Shown here: piece by piece, positions 52,891 to 64,000 of the stretch
Layout of the letters: every line of letters starts with the position of its first letter
Position numbering within the stretch: the first letter of the stretch is position 1
NCBI RefSeq assembly: GCF_036321535.1
Contig: NC_087436.1
Span: 14,384,001 to 14,448,000, forward strand
Direction of reading: 5' to 3'
Length of the DNA: 64,000 bases
Source: Camelus dromedarius
Taxonomy: Eukaryota
The notes under the pieces: model-generated
Told to the model about the DNA's origin: nothing
Database searches by the model: none
The model's input: the letters and a program-made list of their open reading frames with translations, nothing else
Translations under genes and position numbers: made by a program

Positions 52891-54382
52891 CCACCACCCT
52901 GGTGGATAAGTAGACTAAAACCAGGAATCCAAGAGGGGATCGACTTTAGAGAATCTATTAATGTAATTCACCACATTAAAAACAAAATGAGAAAAAAACC
53001 CCATAGGATTACAGTAATAAACACAGAAAAGAGGCTGACAAAAGAGAGTGGGAATAGCGCACTAGTCGCTCAAGCAGCAGTACTAAAATTCTGAGGACCT
53101 GAGGCCTGTTAGACTGTCCCGGCTGGAAGGGCAGGATTGATTCTCTTTCCAGGTAGAAGAGTATCAGAAGCCAAGCCAGCCTTACAGACCTGCTAATGGG
53201 CTTTGCTGACCCTAGAAAATCTAACCCACCATTTTCTCCCCGCAGACGCCACTTAGAAGACCTCAGGAACTTGCCTCCTTTTTTTTTTTTAAAACAACTT
53301 AATTGTGGTATAATTTCTGTACAGTAAACCACATAGTTCAGATGTATAACTTGATGAATTCTGATAGATGTATTCACCTGTGAAACCACCACTATAATTA
53401 AGATACCTAACAGTTCTATCACTCCCCAAGAGGTGCAAATTTTGAACTCCCACCTTATCCCTTCCCACCCCCTTTACCCGCTGGTAACCGTAAGTTTGTT
53501 CTCTGTGTCTGCCTCCTGCTTGAGCTTCCGGTTAAGGATACATCCAGCAACAAACACACTCTTGCTCTCTGCTGCCCCCGCAGGCTGGCTGGGGAACTTT
53601 CGGTTACACCTTCTGCCCATTTCTCTGGCAGCTCCGCCAAGGGGCATTAGCTACTGAGCTGGTCGCCCACATCTCCTTTCCCTGCCTTCCTGTTCTCTGA
53701 TGATCAAAAGCATGCATCTAACACTTCTGTTTTGGTTTGTCCCCGTCCCGCAGTGGCTCTCTGGCAACGCTTAGCCTGTGCTGATCCGAGCAAGGAGGCC
53801 AGGCCAGCACGGAGGTCTTTGTGACCCACACAAACGCCAGCCTCATTTATCCACCCAGACGGAGGCTGACCCAGCCAGCCAGGGAGGGGGCAGGGCGTGG
53901 CGAGGAACATTCGTTTTCCCGTTACTCTTTCACACTGGAATTTTGAACTTGGCTATTCAAAAGAGTGGTAGAAGTATAATAAAAATAGCTATTACCACCA
54001 CTAACATGAATACTTTTCTATCACTTACTAATTTTTTTTTCATTTTAATGTATTTTGGTATCTATTATCCCACGGATGGTAGGAGGAAATTTTAAATGTT
54101 AAAAGTGTATATATCTTCTGTGTCATAAAATACATACATTCCTTTAAACTGCCGGGTACTGACGGGCCAGGATAGGATTCTAATGTATGAAAAGGGACTC
54201 AGATAGTCACAAGTGCAGCTTCCCCAGGTGAGTAACTTAAAACCAGAGACAGCTTAGGGACTGGGCAAGTCTGGTTAAAGATGAGCAAGCTTTCTCTAAA
54301 AAGATACCAAATAAAAAGTTTAAAATGAAAAAGGCATCCAAGCATTGTGGGCCCCATTGTGGGGCACATTTTGATCTGATAG

Positions 54383-54600
54383 TGTTACCGAGTCCAAACT
54401 TGTTCTGCTCACCTCAGGACAGGCCAATAAATCGGGACATGAGGTGTTGGAGCAAGGAGAAATGACCTCATTCAGAAAGCCAGCAGACTGAGAAGATGGA
54501 GGGCTATTGTCCTGGAGAACCATCTTACCCAAGTCAGAATTCAGGCTTCCTTTATATGGAAAAGAGGAGGAGGTGTGGTTGGTTGTTGCAAACTTCTTAA
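54383..54600 (-). mobile_element. Partial ERV LTR
   Basis: Starts TGTTACCGAGTCCAAACT, typical of a reverse-oriented LTR end; truncated next to an L1 fragment. Confidence 0.5.
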
Positions 54601-54680
54601 TCCAGTTGTCTGTTTATGGGCATTTGGGTTGCAACTAGATTAAGAAGATGGTGTGAAAAAAAAAAAAAAAAGATGGTGTG

Positions 54681-55945
54681 AGGTGATAGCTCATTGTTCT
54701 GATTTGCATTTCTCTAATTAGTAATGTTGAACATCTTTTCATGTGCCTATTGGCCATTTGTATGTCTTTTTTGGAAAAATGTCTATTCAGGTCTTCTGCC
54801 CATTTTTTGATTGTTTTTGTTTGTTTGTTTTTGATGATGAGTTGTGTGAGATGTTTATAAATTTTGAATATTAACCACTTGTCAGTCATATCATTTGCAA
54901 ATATTTTCTCCCATTCCATAGGTTATCTTTTCATTTTGTCAATGGTTTCTTTTGCTCTGCAAGAGCTTTTCAGTTTGATTAGATCCCATTTGTTTAGTTT
55001 TGCTTTTATTTCTTTTGCCTTAGGGGACAGATCTAAAAATGTATTGCTATGATTTAGAAGAGTGTTCTGTCTCTGTTCTTTTCTGGGAGTTTTATGGTTT
55101 CAGGTCTTATATTTAGGCCTTGAAACCATTCTGAGTTTATTTTTGTATATGGTATGAGAGAATGTTCTAATCTATTCTTTTACATGTAACTGTCCAGTTT
55201 TCCCAGTATCACTTATTGAAGGGATTATCTTTTCTCCATTGTATATCCTTGCCTCCTTTGTTGTAGATTAATTGACGGTAACTGGGCACTCTAATTGATT
55301 ATTTCTGGGCAGTCTGTTCTGTTGCATTGATCTCTGTGTCTATCATGCTGTTCTGATTACTTGTGCTTTGTAGTATAGTCCAAAGTCTGGGAGCATGATA
55401 CCTCCAGCTTTGTTCTTCTTTCTCAAGATTATTTTGGAAATTAGGGGTCTTTTGTGTTTCCATATGAACTTTAGGATTATTTGTTTTAGTTGTGTGGAAA
55501 ATATGGGTGTTTTGATAGGGACTGCAGTATATCTGTAGATTGCTTTGGGTAGTATGATCTTAATTTTAACAATATTAATTCTTCCAATCCAACAGCATGA
55601 GCTATCTTTCCATTTCTTTGTACCATCTTAAATTTCCTTCATCAGTGTTTTATAGTTTTCAGAGTATAGATCTTTCACCTCCTTGGTTAAGTTTATTCCT
55701 AGGTATTTTATTCTTTTTGATGCCATCTTAAATGGGATTTTTTTTTTTTACTTTCTCCTTCTAATAGTTCATTATTAGTGTATAAAAATGGAACAGATTT
55801 CTGTATATTCATCTTGTATCTTGAAACTTTGCTGAATTCATTTATTAATTCTAATAGCTTTTGGGTGGAGACTTTAGGGTTTTCTATATAAAGTACCATG
55901 TCATCTGCAAATAGTGACAGTTTTACTCTTTCTTTCCAATTTGGA
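54681..55945 (-). mobile_element. L1 ORF2 internal fragment
   Basis: Remnants [25 protein letters not shown] and [17 protein letters not shown] (RT and downstream ORF2). Confidence 0.9.
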
Positions 55946-56640
55946 AGTCAGCATACATCTATTAATTTTGCTCCCAAAGGCTTCTTTCTGTGTAGAAAGG
56001 ATTCTCCAGTCATCTTTAAAGCTAGTAAGGACTGTCTCCATGAATTACAACAAATTAAAGTCAATTGAATTCTGATTTAACTCAGTAATTTCCAACCCAG
56101 AGTACTTACTTAATGGACTCATCTAGGGAGCTTTTAAAACATACTGTTACCCAGACCACAGCGTCAGATGCCTCAAGTAACTGACTTGGGTGGAGCTTAA
56201 AAACCACCAGGTTGGTGTTTGTGCACAGTAAATGCCATGGACAACAGGTGTGACCAATAATTAAACACAACTACATGACATTGTTTGGGACACTCAAACC
56301 CATGGTTCTCAAGGTGTGGCTCTAGTCCAGCAGAATCAGCATTTTGTTAGAAGTGAAAGTTTTTGGCCCCATCTCGACCTTCTAAATCAGAAGCTCTGGG
56401 GGCATTACCCAGCCATGTGTTTGTGGGAAGCCCTCCCGGTGATTCTGGCGCATGCCAGCGGGGCAGACTGATGGTTCCAACCAAAGCCACTTTGCCAGCA
56501 GTGACGTTTACTGTAGATGTGGTTTTAAGCTCCAGCCCAATCTCTCTTACTCAGACTTATTCAAATAATAAGCATGACTCTCACAGCTCTCTCTCAATAT
56601 TTCCTGGCTAAACAAAACAAAACAAATCAAAAACACATGT

Positions 56641-56770
56641 GGGGGAGGGTATAGCTCAGTGGTAGAGTGCATGCCTAGCATGCACGAGGTCCTGGGTTCA
56701 ATTCCCAGTACCTCCATCAAAATTATAAATAAATAAGTAAACCTAATTACCTTCCTCTGAAAAAAAAAAT
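56641..56770 (+). mobile_element. Vic-1-like SINE, near consensus
   Basis: gggggagggtatagctcagtggtagagtgcatgcctagcatgcacgaggtcctgggttcaattcccagtacctcc, then A-rich linker and aaacctaattacc. Confidence 0.9.
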
Positions 56771-59700
56771 CAATATATCCTAGCCAGAGGTTCTCAGGAG
56801 CTCTAGGCTTCAGTGAAGCAGTTGCATTCTGATAATAAATTGGGCAGCTGCTCCGAATTGGGAGCCAACTCCCAGAGCTGATTCTACTCCAGTTCCCCAA
56901 GGAGGAGCACAGGGAACGAGGGGTGGCCAGGGGTGGGCCAGGAGTGGGTAGAGTCTGGAGACCTGGTTCTCAACCTTGCTGCACACTGGAATCTGTAAAA
57001 ACTACTGGGGCTTGGGTTCACCCCAGGTGTTCTGATGTAATGGTTTGAGCGTGTGACCTGAGCATCAAGAAGGTTAATAGGTCCCCCGGTGATTCTAACG
57101 TGTGGCCAAGGCTGAAAAGCACCGGAGGACTTCTGGCTTGGTTTTATCTCGTCCTTCTAACATGATCTGGCTCTTTGCTGTAGACAGAGGTATAGAAGGT
57201 GTGGGAAGGCTTCTTGGGTTTAATTTCTTGAGCGTCCTGGAATCCACATGCTGCAGTTCCTCCACAGAGCATGGCAGCGCTTGAGTGCCTGACACCCGCG
57301 TGTTTTCTTTCGTTTCACTACCTGAATTGCAAGACGGTTTCAACAATCTCTCCATGGAGTCTACAAGACAAGTGAAAGAATGGGACAGCGAATTGAGTTC
57401 CAACATACTTCACAATATCCTGAGTTTAACAGCCTTCTCTTGTCATTGTTTTATTTTACATCATAATGTCAGTGTGGCAACCTTTCAGTTGCTATATAAT
57501 ACTTTTTTTTTAAACTTTAAAAACGAGCTTGATTGCGTATTTGTTCCACTATCAAAAAAGGGAAGTTATCTAGTTCATTTCCCCGAGAAGCAGAGTCACT
57601 TCCTCTTAGGGACAATGCTCGGAGTGGTGACAAAGGGCGAGGTGCCCACTGGGCTGCTGAGCTGCTGGGCTCACCTCAAGCATTTCCCCCCTTTTCCCAC
57701 TTACAAGGATCCCTCCTGGGGTCGATGCCAGGTGAGTGAAATACCCACCCCAGGTGTCTTCGCATGGATATTGTAACTCGGTGCACCATACAGTTTCTTC
57801 AGTAATTTTCAGATTAAAAGTAAAATGAAATACTGCAGCTTAATTTCACGAGTCACGTGACCACTCCCAGTATCTCCTAATAATGTTCCATCATCTGGGC
57901 AGAGAGAGAGAGGTGGTGAAAAGGAGAATCTCAGGGAGGTTTGCATTGGGGTCACTCGAGAGAACCAGGACTGGGTCACCGGAAGGGAAGAAAAGTCTTG
58001 CCAGGTCCGCCCTTGACCGCACTGGTGACTTCACTACTGGCCATCACGGGCAAGGTTCAAAGCCACATCCATGCACATCACACAGCCCTCCTGCTTCCTC
58101 GTCCTTTCCTCGGCTGCTTCTCTTCCGTACTTTGCTGGCTGCTGCCTCTCTCTCCCCACCCTCACGCTGGGTCCTCTATACCTTTATATCTGCAGCTTCT
58201 TCAGTTTTACAGTCTATCCTCACCCCCACCTCCGGGCCACACCCCTTTTCCCCTGTAAGATGTCCACATTCAGATGAGAAGAGACAACAATAAAATGAAG
58301 AAGTTAACGCTGGGCCGATTAGTCTCCTGGGGAACAGAGAAACAGTTCAGTCTAGAGACGGGACAACCGAATGGGCACAGGATGAACGAAACAGCAGACG
58401 GCCCACACCTGGCCTGTGTGTGGCCCTTTGTGGAACAGACAGCGTCTTCACAGCTGGGATTTCCTCTGCTCTTCGTATGCACACTGTAGGATGGGCGGGG
58501 CTGACAGCTCCTCTTGGGGTCTTTTAGGAGAAAGAGGTTTGGAGGAGAGAGGGGTTCTTCCCAGGCACCATGGCTCGAGAGGGCAGTGCCAAGTCTCAAG
58601 GCCTACTTTTTGGAACCGAAGCCCGGTCTTCCTTCCAGGATGCCATGGAGATGTCCCCCAAGTCCTCGCTCAACGCGAGAACTGGCCCTGCACGGTTTCT
58701 TAGATAAGGCCAGGCCCAGTGTCTGCGCCGCACAGTGGCCATTAGGTTGAATTGCTGTCAGCCCACCGCCCACGGAGGAACCACTGTCACACTCCAGGGA
58801 AATTCCCCAGAGCTGCCCTCTGCGCTCCACACCCACCCCAGCTCATGTGACCTCCGGCTTCTCTCTGGTTTCCATCTTGGTTTCATCCACCTCTGCATTT
58901 CTTCATAGCTCCCACCTCTGCCCTCTGCCCTCTGCCGACCCAGTCCTGGGTACAGATCTGCTTTGTGGCCCTCCCTGGTTTTCCAGCTCCCCCTTTGATG
59001 ACAATTTGATGCTCCTGACACAAACCCTTGGGCTGATCCCCAATGTTTTCAGCTTTCCCCTCGCTGACCCCTACGTGCCCAGCTCTCTACTTAGTTTCTG
59101 CCAATTCTCACTGTCTGAGGACTGGGCTGGAGTTGTCTTGATACAGCTGTGAGGACGGACCCCTGGCCCCAACAGTGGTTTGGTGCCGCACTCAATACCC
59201 TGTCCCCACTCTGGAGATCTGCAGCAGAATATACCTGCACGTGTGTAAAGTCAGGGTGTGCAGGGCCGACTGCAGCAGCATCATGGGAAATACAAGAGAA
59301 ACAGCCCACATCTCCATCAGTAGGAATAGATTGTCATATATCCAAATAATGGGAGGGAAAGACATCTCTCTGTACACAGACATGGAATAATTTTCAAGAT
59401 CCAATTTTAAGTGAAAAAAGCAAGGAGCAGTCTATAAATTTTGCTGCCATTGGTGTTAAAAAAAAAAAAAGAAAACCAGAAATGATATACTTGTATATGC
59501 ATAGAATTCTCTGGAAGGCATCAGAAACAGTGGTTACCACTTTGGAGGGAAATTGAGTGGCTGAGGAAAAGGGTGGTAGTGAAATCCTTTCTGAGCTTAG
59601 GACCATGTAAACGTGCATAGTACCTGTTCAAAAAGCCTAATTAAAAACAAGATAAACGTTTTAGAATCAACAGGGATGTAGAAATAGATGGGACTCTGGA

Positions 59701-59904
59701 AATAATTCCTTAATTGTACAGATTAGAACATTTAGCCACTAGGGGGTAAATAATTTGTCCAAATTCCCTCAACCACTAAGCAACACAGCTGTGACTAGAA
59801 CCTCACTGTCATTGGCACCTACGTTCAAGGGAACACAGCTTCAAAACCCATAGGGATCAGTTGAACTGACAGCATAAATAAGGTTGTACCTTGATAAGAT
59901 ATTT

Positions 59905-60438
59905 TGTTACCCCAAAGGGGAAGAGAAAGGACCCCAATTCTTGTCATACCCAAAAGAGAAGAATTCAGATGGGAGGCAGAAGTGTTGTGTAGTGAATGAT
60001 TTTAAAGGTTTTATTAGCAAAGGGAAAGCACACCTCCAAGATTGGGAGGTGGTCTTTTTTGCACCTTCTCCTTATACCCTCGCTCAGAGGTGGTCTCTTG
60101 ATTGATTGACAGCTCTTGCCCCTGGAGTGCTTAGTCATGCTCGTCCCCTTTTGCGCATGTCCTTACCCATGATGCACACAGAAAGGCCCATGGGGGCACC
60201 TAAGCCAAAATGTTAATTATATTACAACAAGCGCTGGGTCATGTCCTCATGTCTGGTTAGGTCCTTGTCGCTACCTCGCAGCTGAGGCTGTTGAGTTCTG
60301 ACCGATTTCTTGTTGGCACTCATTTACAGGAAGTAAAGCCCCTGTATGCTAAAGGCAGGCATATTGCCATCTTCCCAACCATCCTCCCCCTCCACCACCT
60401 TATCTGCCCGGTGCCCTCACTTATCTGACTACCTAACA
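59905..60438 (-). mobile_element. ERV1-like solo LTR (different family)
   Basis: TGTTA...TAACA inverted termini, perfect 4-bp TSD ATTT (59901-59904 / 60439-60442), minus-strand AATAAA near 60010. Confidence 0.8.
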
Positions 60439-61810
60439 ATTTGAGACTCAGTTTCTTTATCTGCAGTGTGAACGATAAAGTTGTTGTGAAGGTTGTTAGA
60501 CGATGCATGTTTAGTTTATCCTAGTACCTAACTTATACTGTGAGCATCTGATGCATGACCATTATTTATTATTTTGAGGCTATGATGGTATTGGTTGGGG
60601 AGGGAGGGCTGTCACAGGAGTGTCTGGAGATGAAGGCTTGCAGGGTAAAGAAAAATAAAACACAGAGAGAACCCTTGATTCTCATTTATTTCAACAGTCA
60701 CTAGAGAATCAGAGAGAGTAAATGATGGTTAACATGGAAAACATACGTTTGAGTGTGTGTGAGAAGGATATTGTGGAGAGAATCTCCAGCCCTTTTCCCT
60801 CCAAAGTGCCACTGAGGGCCACCTGTGAGCAGCATTGTCCCTCGTGCTAAGAAACACACGTGGACAACCCAGGACCATCTGTGCAATTCTCTCTGTTTCT
60901 CTTCATGCCTGATCATCCAAACGCCCTCATTAGTCGTGCTAGCTTGTTTCCTTTCCTATTTTCTCTTCTTCTGGGGCAACAGGTCAAGTGTGACTCAGAG
61001 TGCTACTGTTCTACTGGGAACTTGTCCGCCTTCCACAAGGAGGCTGGAAATATCCCATTGTTCTGGGCAGCTCTGCTCACAGCCACCTGGGCTGGGGAGC
61101 TTGGGGTAAGCCCAGCAAAGCCCAGGTTTCTGAAAGCTCCTCCCCTTCCTTTGCCTTTGTGCTGGAAAACCACCTCCTTGTAGGCTGAGGGGCAAGAACC
61201 CAGGGTTCCCTCTCTCCGTCCCCATTTCTTGATTTGGAATTGTTCCATTCCTGCCTGATCGGAGGGAAAGTGTTATGTGGATTTCAAAGCTCACGTTCTG
61301 CAGCCAGCCCTCCTGGGTTCAAGTCCTCACTCCTTTGTGATAGTTTTGTGATCGTGGGCAAATCGTGGAGCCTCTCTGCCCCAGTTTCTGTCTGAGAAAA
61401 ATGGTATGGACAAAATGCAATAATCCAGGAAAAAGGCAGAGCACAGCACTAGGCTCTTAGAAAATTATCTGTAAAGATTAGCTTGAAATAGTGGTAGCAG
61501 CTACAGCAGTGGGAGAAATAAACACACAAAAGACGTAAAAGGGAGGTCTGGGTATTAGAGGAAGGTGCACAAACACCAACTGCGTTTGTGCGTGTACCAC
61601 TGCCCAGTCGCCCACCCCTAACCATATGTCCAGTTTTTACTGGTCTCGGTTATCAATGCAGAAAGCTGTTTGGTCCCAGTAGTTCTGCAAGCAGGATAAC
61701 TTCAAGGAGGAGGTTGTCTTGGTGGATAGTATCTTTTCCTAGTCCAGGGTGATACAGGATATACCAAAGCTTTAACAAATGTGTGAATACATTATTGACT
61801 CACCTTATTT

Positions 61811-62282
61811 TGAGGTGGGAAGCCCCACGAAAAAGATGGCAAGACCCCCAGGCAGGGCCACTACCCTTCTGCCAGCACCATTTGGTTCCCTGGCCCAGCG
61901 GCATTATCTCACTTTTTTACTCTGAAACGGCTTACTTCTAGGAAAGCGGAAATTACCCCTAAGATTCTATTGGTTCCCTAAGCTCACTCCTGACTGGTCC
62001 ATTTCTATCACTCCTGATTGGTCCATTTCCATCACTCCTGATTGGTCCATTTGTTATACCTTATTTGCATATGATGTTGCAAAATCTAGACTGGCAGCTT
62101 ATAAAAGCCTGTGTAAACCTACAGACACAGTCTAGAGCTTGGAGTGTTAACTCCTCTAGGCCCACTGGCGTGATAAATCTGAGTTCTCTAACCCTCTGAA
62201 TGCTTCTTGGTCTCTCGCCTGGATCGAGGTTGCTGTCACAACTGAGCTATAACACTGAGCTGTAACACACTTTGCTGCAACA
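61811..62282 (+). mobile_element. ERV1-like solo LTR in TMEM154 intron 1, sense orientation
   Basis: TG...CA termini; three 24-bp tandem repeats (61984, 62008, 62032), two with ATTGG; ATTTGCAT at 62063-62070; TATAAAA at 62100-62106. Shares gcctgtgtaaacctacagac and agagcttggagtgttaactcctct with the reverse complement of 5309-5658. The 3' end is approximate. Confidence 0.8.
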
Positions 62283-63670
62283 TTTCCAAAGACCTAAGTA
62301 CAGAGCAAAGTCATGTAACCCTGAAGGCAGAGATCAATAAATGGTAGATTTTTTAAATCCTGCTTTTAGTATATACATGTGAGGAATACTAGTTACTTAG
62401 ACTCTGCTGTTTGTAATTGATTTTGATGGTTTGGTGTGGCATTGACCAATGTCATTATCAAGTTGATTCCCTGGTCTTCATGAAAACTGAAGTGTTTACA
62501 TAACCCCCCCAAAAATAGACTGTGATCCAGCGAATATTTTTATAAACCCTGTCACAGCCGTGCAGAGAGCTAAGGATGCATTGGCTCTGCCTTGGCCTGT
62601 CAGTCATCCTGTAGGTGGTGGTCTAACCTGATGTACAGAACGTGGCTTCAAGCAGCCAACGTCTCCATTGGCAGGGCACCTTCTACCTTGGGAAGCACTG
62701 TCACACAAATCATCTCCCTGGACAAGTCTTCTGTAGCCTCAGCTCATGTGCTGTTTTTCTCAGTGGGCCCCTCCTGAGCAATTGGCAACCTCGTACCACA
62801 AAGGGAGGAAAACCTGTGGCTCTCCTGACCATGGTCACTATGGAGCCCGGTAAGGAAGGATTTTCTGAAGAATCATCCAGCTACTAGTCCTTTCCTGTCC
62901 TGTGATGAGCCACAGAACAATTTTCCAACACAATCTGAAGTCCCAACAGAATAAACCTGCTTATAGCTTACTAGTCGGGAAAGCTCTAAAGATGCATGTT
63001 ATTCAATACATTTAAATACTGGTGCAGTTTCCTTAGTTTCTAAGGGCATTTCCCTTTGAGAATTTCATTTTACAAATGAAATACATGTTGCATGTTTATG
63101 TAGAATCCAGGAGAATTTCTGTTGGATCATTTCAGAGGCAGACTCAGTTCTCTGCAGAACTGAGGCCTGACACTGACATCTGATCAGTCACCCCAGTCTC
63201 GAAGACTTCTTTTCCACTGGTAGGTAACCTTTGAGTAAAAGTTAGGATTCAGTGCATTCCTTTATTTCTAAGAGTGTTACGTGGCAAGTGCTTAACTTTC
63301 AATAAACGGGAATTCAGGTTTTTTCAGAAATGGTATTAAAATATTCTATAGGCTACCCTGGAATACCACCCTCAACATGACAAAGCTTCTCAATGCCCTT
63401 TGCTTAAGTGCATCTAAAGTGTCTGAAGGGTGCTAAACTGCCTGCATTTGTGGGAGGTTTAATCCCTGGGCTCTGATTCTGTTTTCAAGATACTCCCAGC
63501 CCTAGCTCCATTTATGTTCGATCAATACTCTGGCTCAGCTGAACTGGAAGACCAAATCCAGTGGATCAAGTTTATCACTGGATGCGTGTAGGGTAAATTT
63601 CAAATCACTGAGGACGTAACATGCTAGCTCTGTCTTCGTGACAATTTCAATTTTGTGTGTGTTCCCACAG

Positions 63671-63931
63671 ATTTCTTGGCGGAAACAGAACAGTCAGGAG
63701 AAATGCCCCAAGAAGTGGCCGTGCCAGATGAAGAGACTGTCTCTCTGAGCACGTTTGCTATGGTGACCACAGAATCATTCACCACAAATATGAACTCCAC
63801 CCTTAATGGTGAGGATACAGATCAGCTAGAGTTTATACTCATGGTGTTGATCCCATTGATTTTACTGGCCCTCCTACTTTTATCGGTGATACTCCTTGCA
63901 ACATACCGTAAAAGAAAAAAGAATAAACCAG
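63671..63931 (+). CDS. TMEM154: Transmembrane protein 154, coding exon 2 (ectodomain, TM helix, basic stop-transfer)
   Basis: Acceptor gttcccacag (AG 63669-63670) and donor G|GTAAGT (GT 63932-63933) bound a 261-nt phase 1-1 exon. It encodes DFLAETEQSG...NMNSTLNGEDTDQLEFILMVLIPLILLALLLLSVILLATYRKRKKNKP. The QLEFILMVLIPLILL..LLSV..LATY.KRK segment is the TMEM154 TM region. Confidence 0.95.
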
Positions 63932-64000
63932 GTAAGTATTTTGCCTGTCCCCATTTCCATACAGTTGCTTCATGTGTTAATGAATGATCAATAAAACACA

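Noticed and set aside
56641..56715. tRNA gene-like sequence
   Set aside because: It has A/B boxes but recurs about nine times with A tails and TSDs, so it is a SINE.
61984..62052. CRISPR-like short direct repeats
   Set aside because: Contiguous 24-bp tandem units without spacers inside a mammalian LTR; no cas genes.
63655..63987. ORF track's 110-aa standalone protein
   Set aside because: It is TMEM154 exon 2 plus intronic flanks; the real boundaries are the splice sites at 63671 and 63931.

Overview
Mammalian genomic DNA, most likely camelid (camel/llama/alpaca), inferred from many copies of a Vic-1-type tRNA-derived SINE. About 43.5 kb of repeat-rich upstream sequence is followed by the 5' part of TMEM154 on the + strand: a CpG/ETS promoter, coding exon 1 (43931-44018), a 19.65 kb intron 1 and coding exon 2 (63671-63931). 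The gene runs off the end of the window. Three less obvious elements stand out. (i) A minus-strand, intronless, highly diverged short cTAGE5/MIA2-family retrocopy (~4.85-6.9 kb) has only two ORF-disabling lesions and a solo LTR in its 3' UTR. (ii) A related sense-oriented solo LTR (CCAAT repeats, octamer, TATA) lies late in TMEM154 intron 1, followed by a Kozak ATG and splice donor in phase with exon 2, suggesting an alternative signal-peptide-less isoform. (iii) There are several unusual retrotransposition scars. No prokaryote-type system (CRISPR, operon) is present. Gene and repeat names come from recall of family sequences, not database searches.
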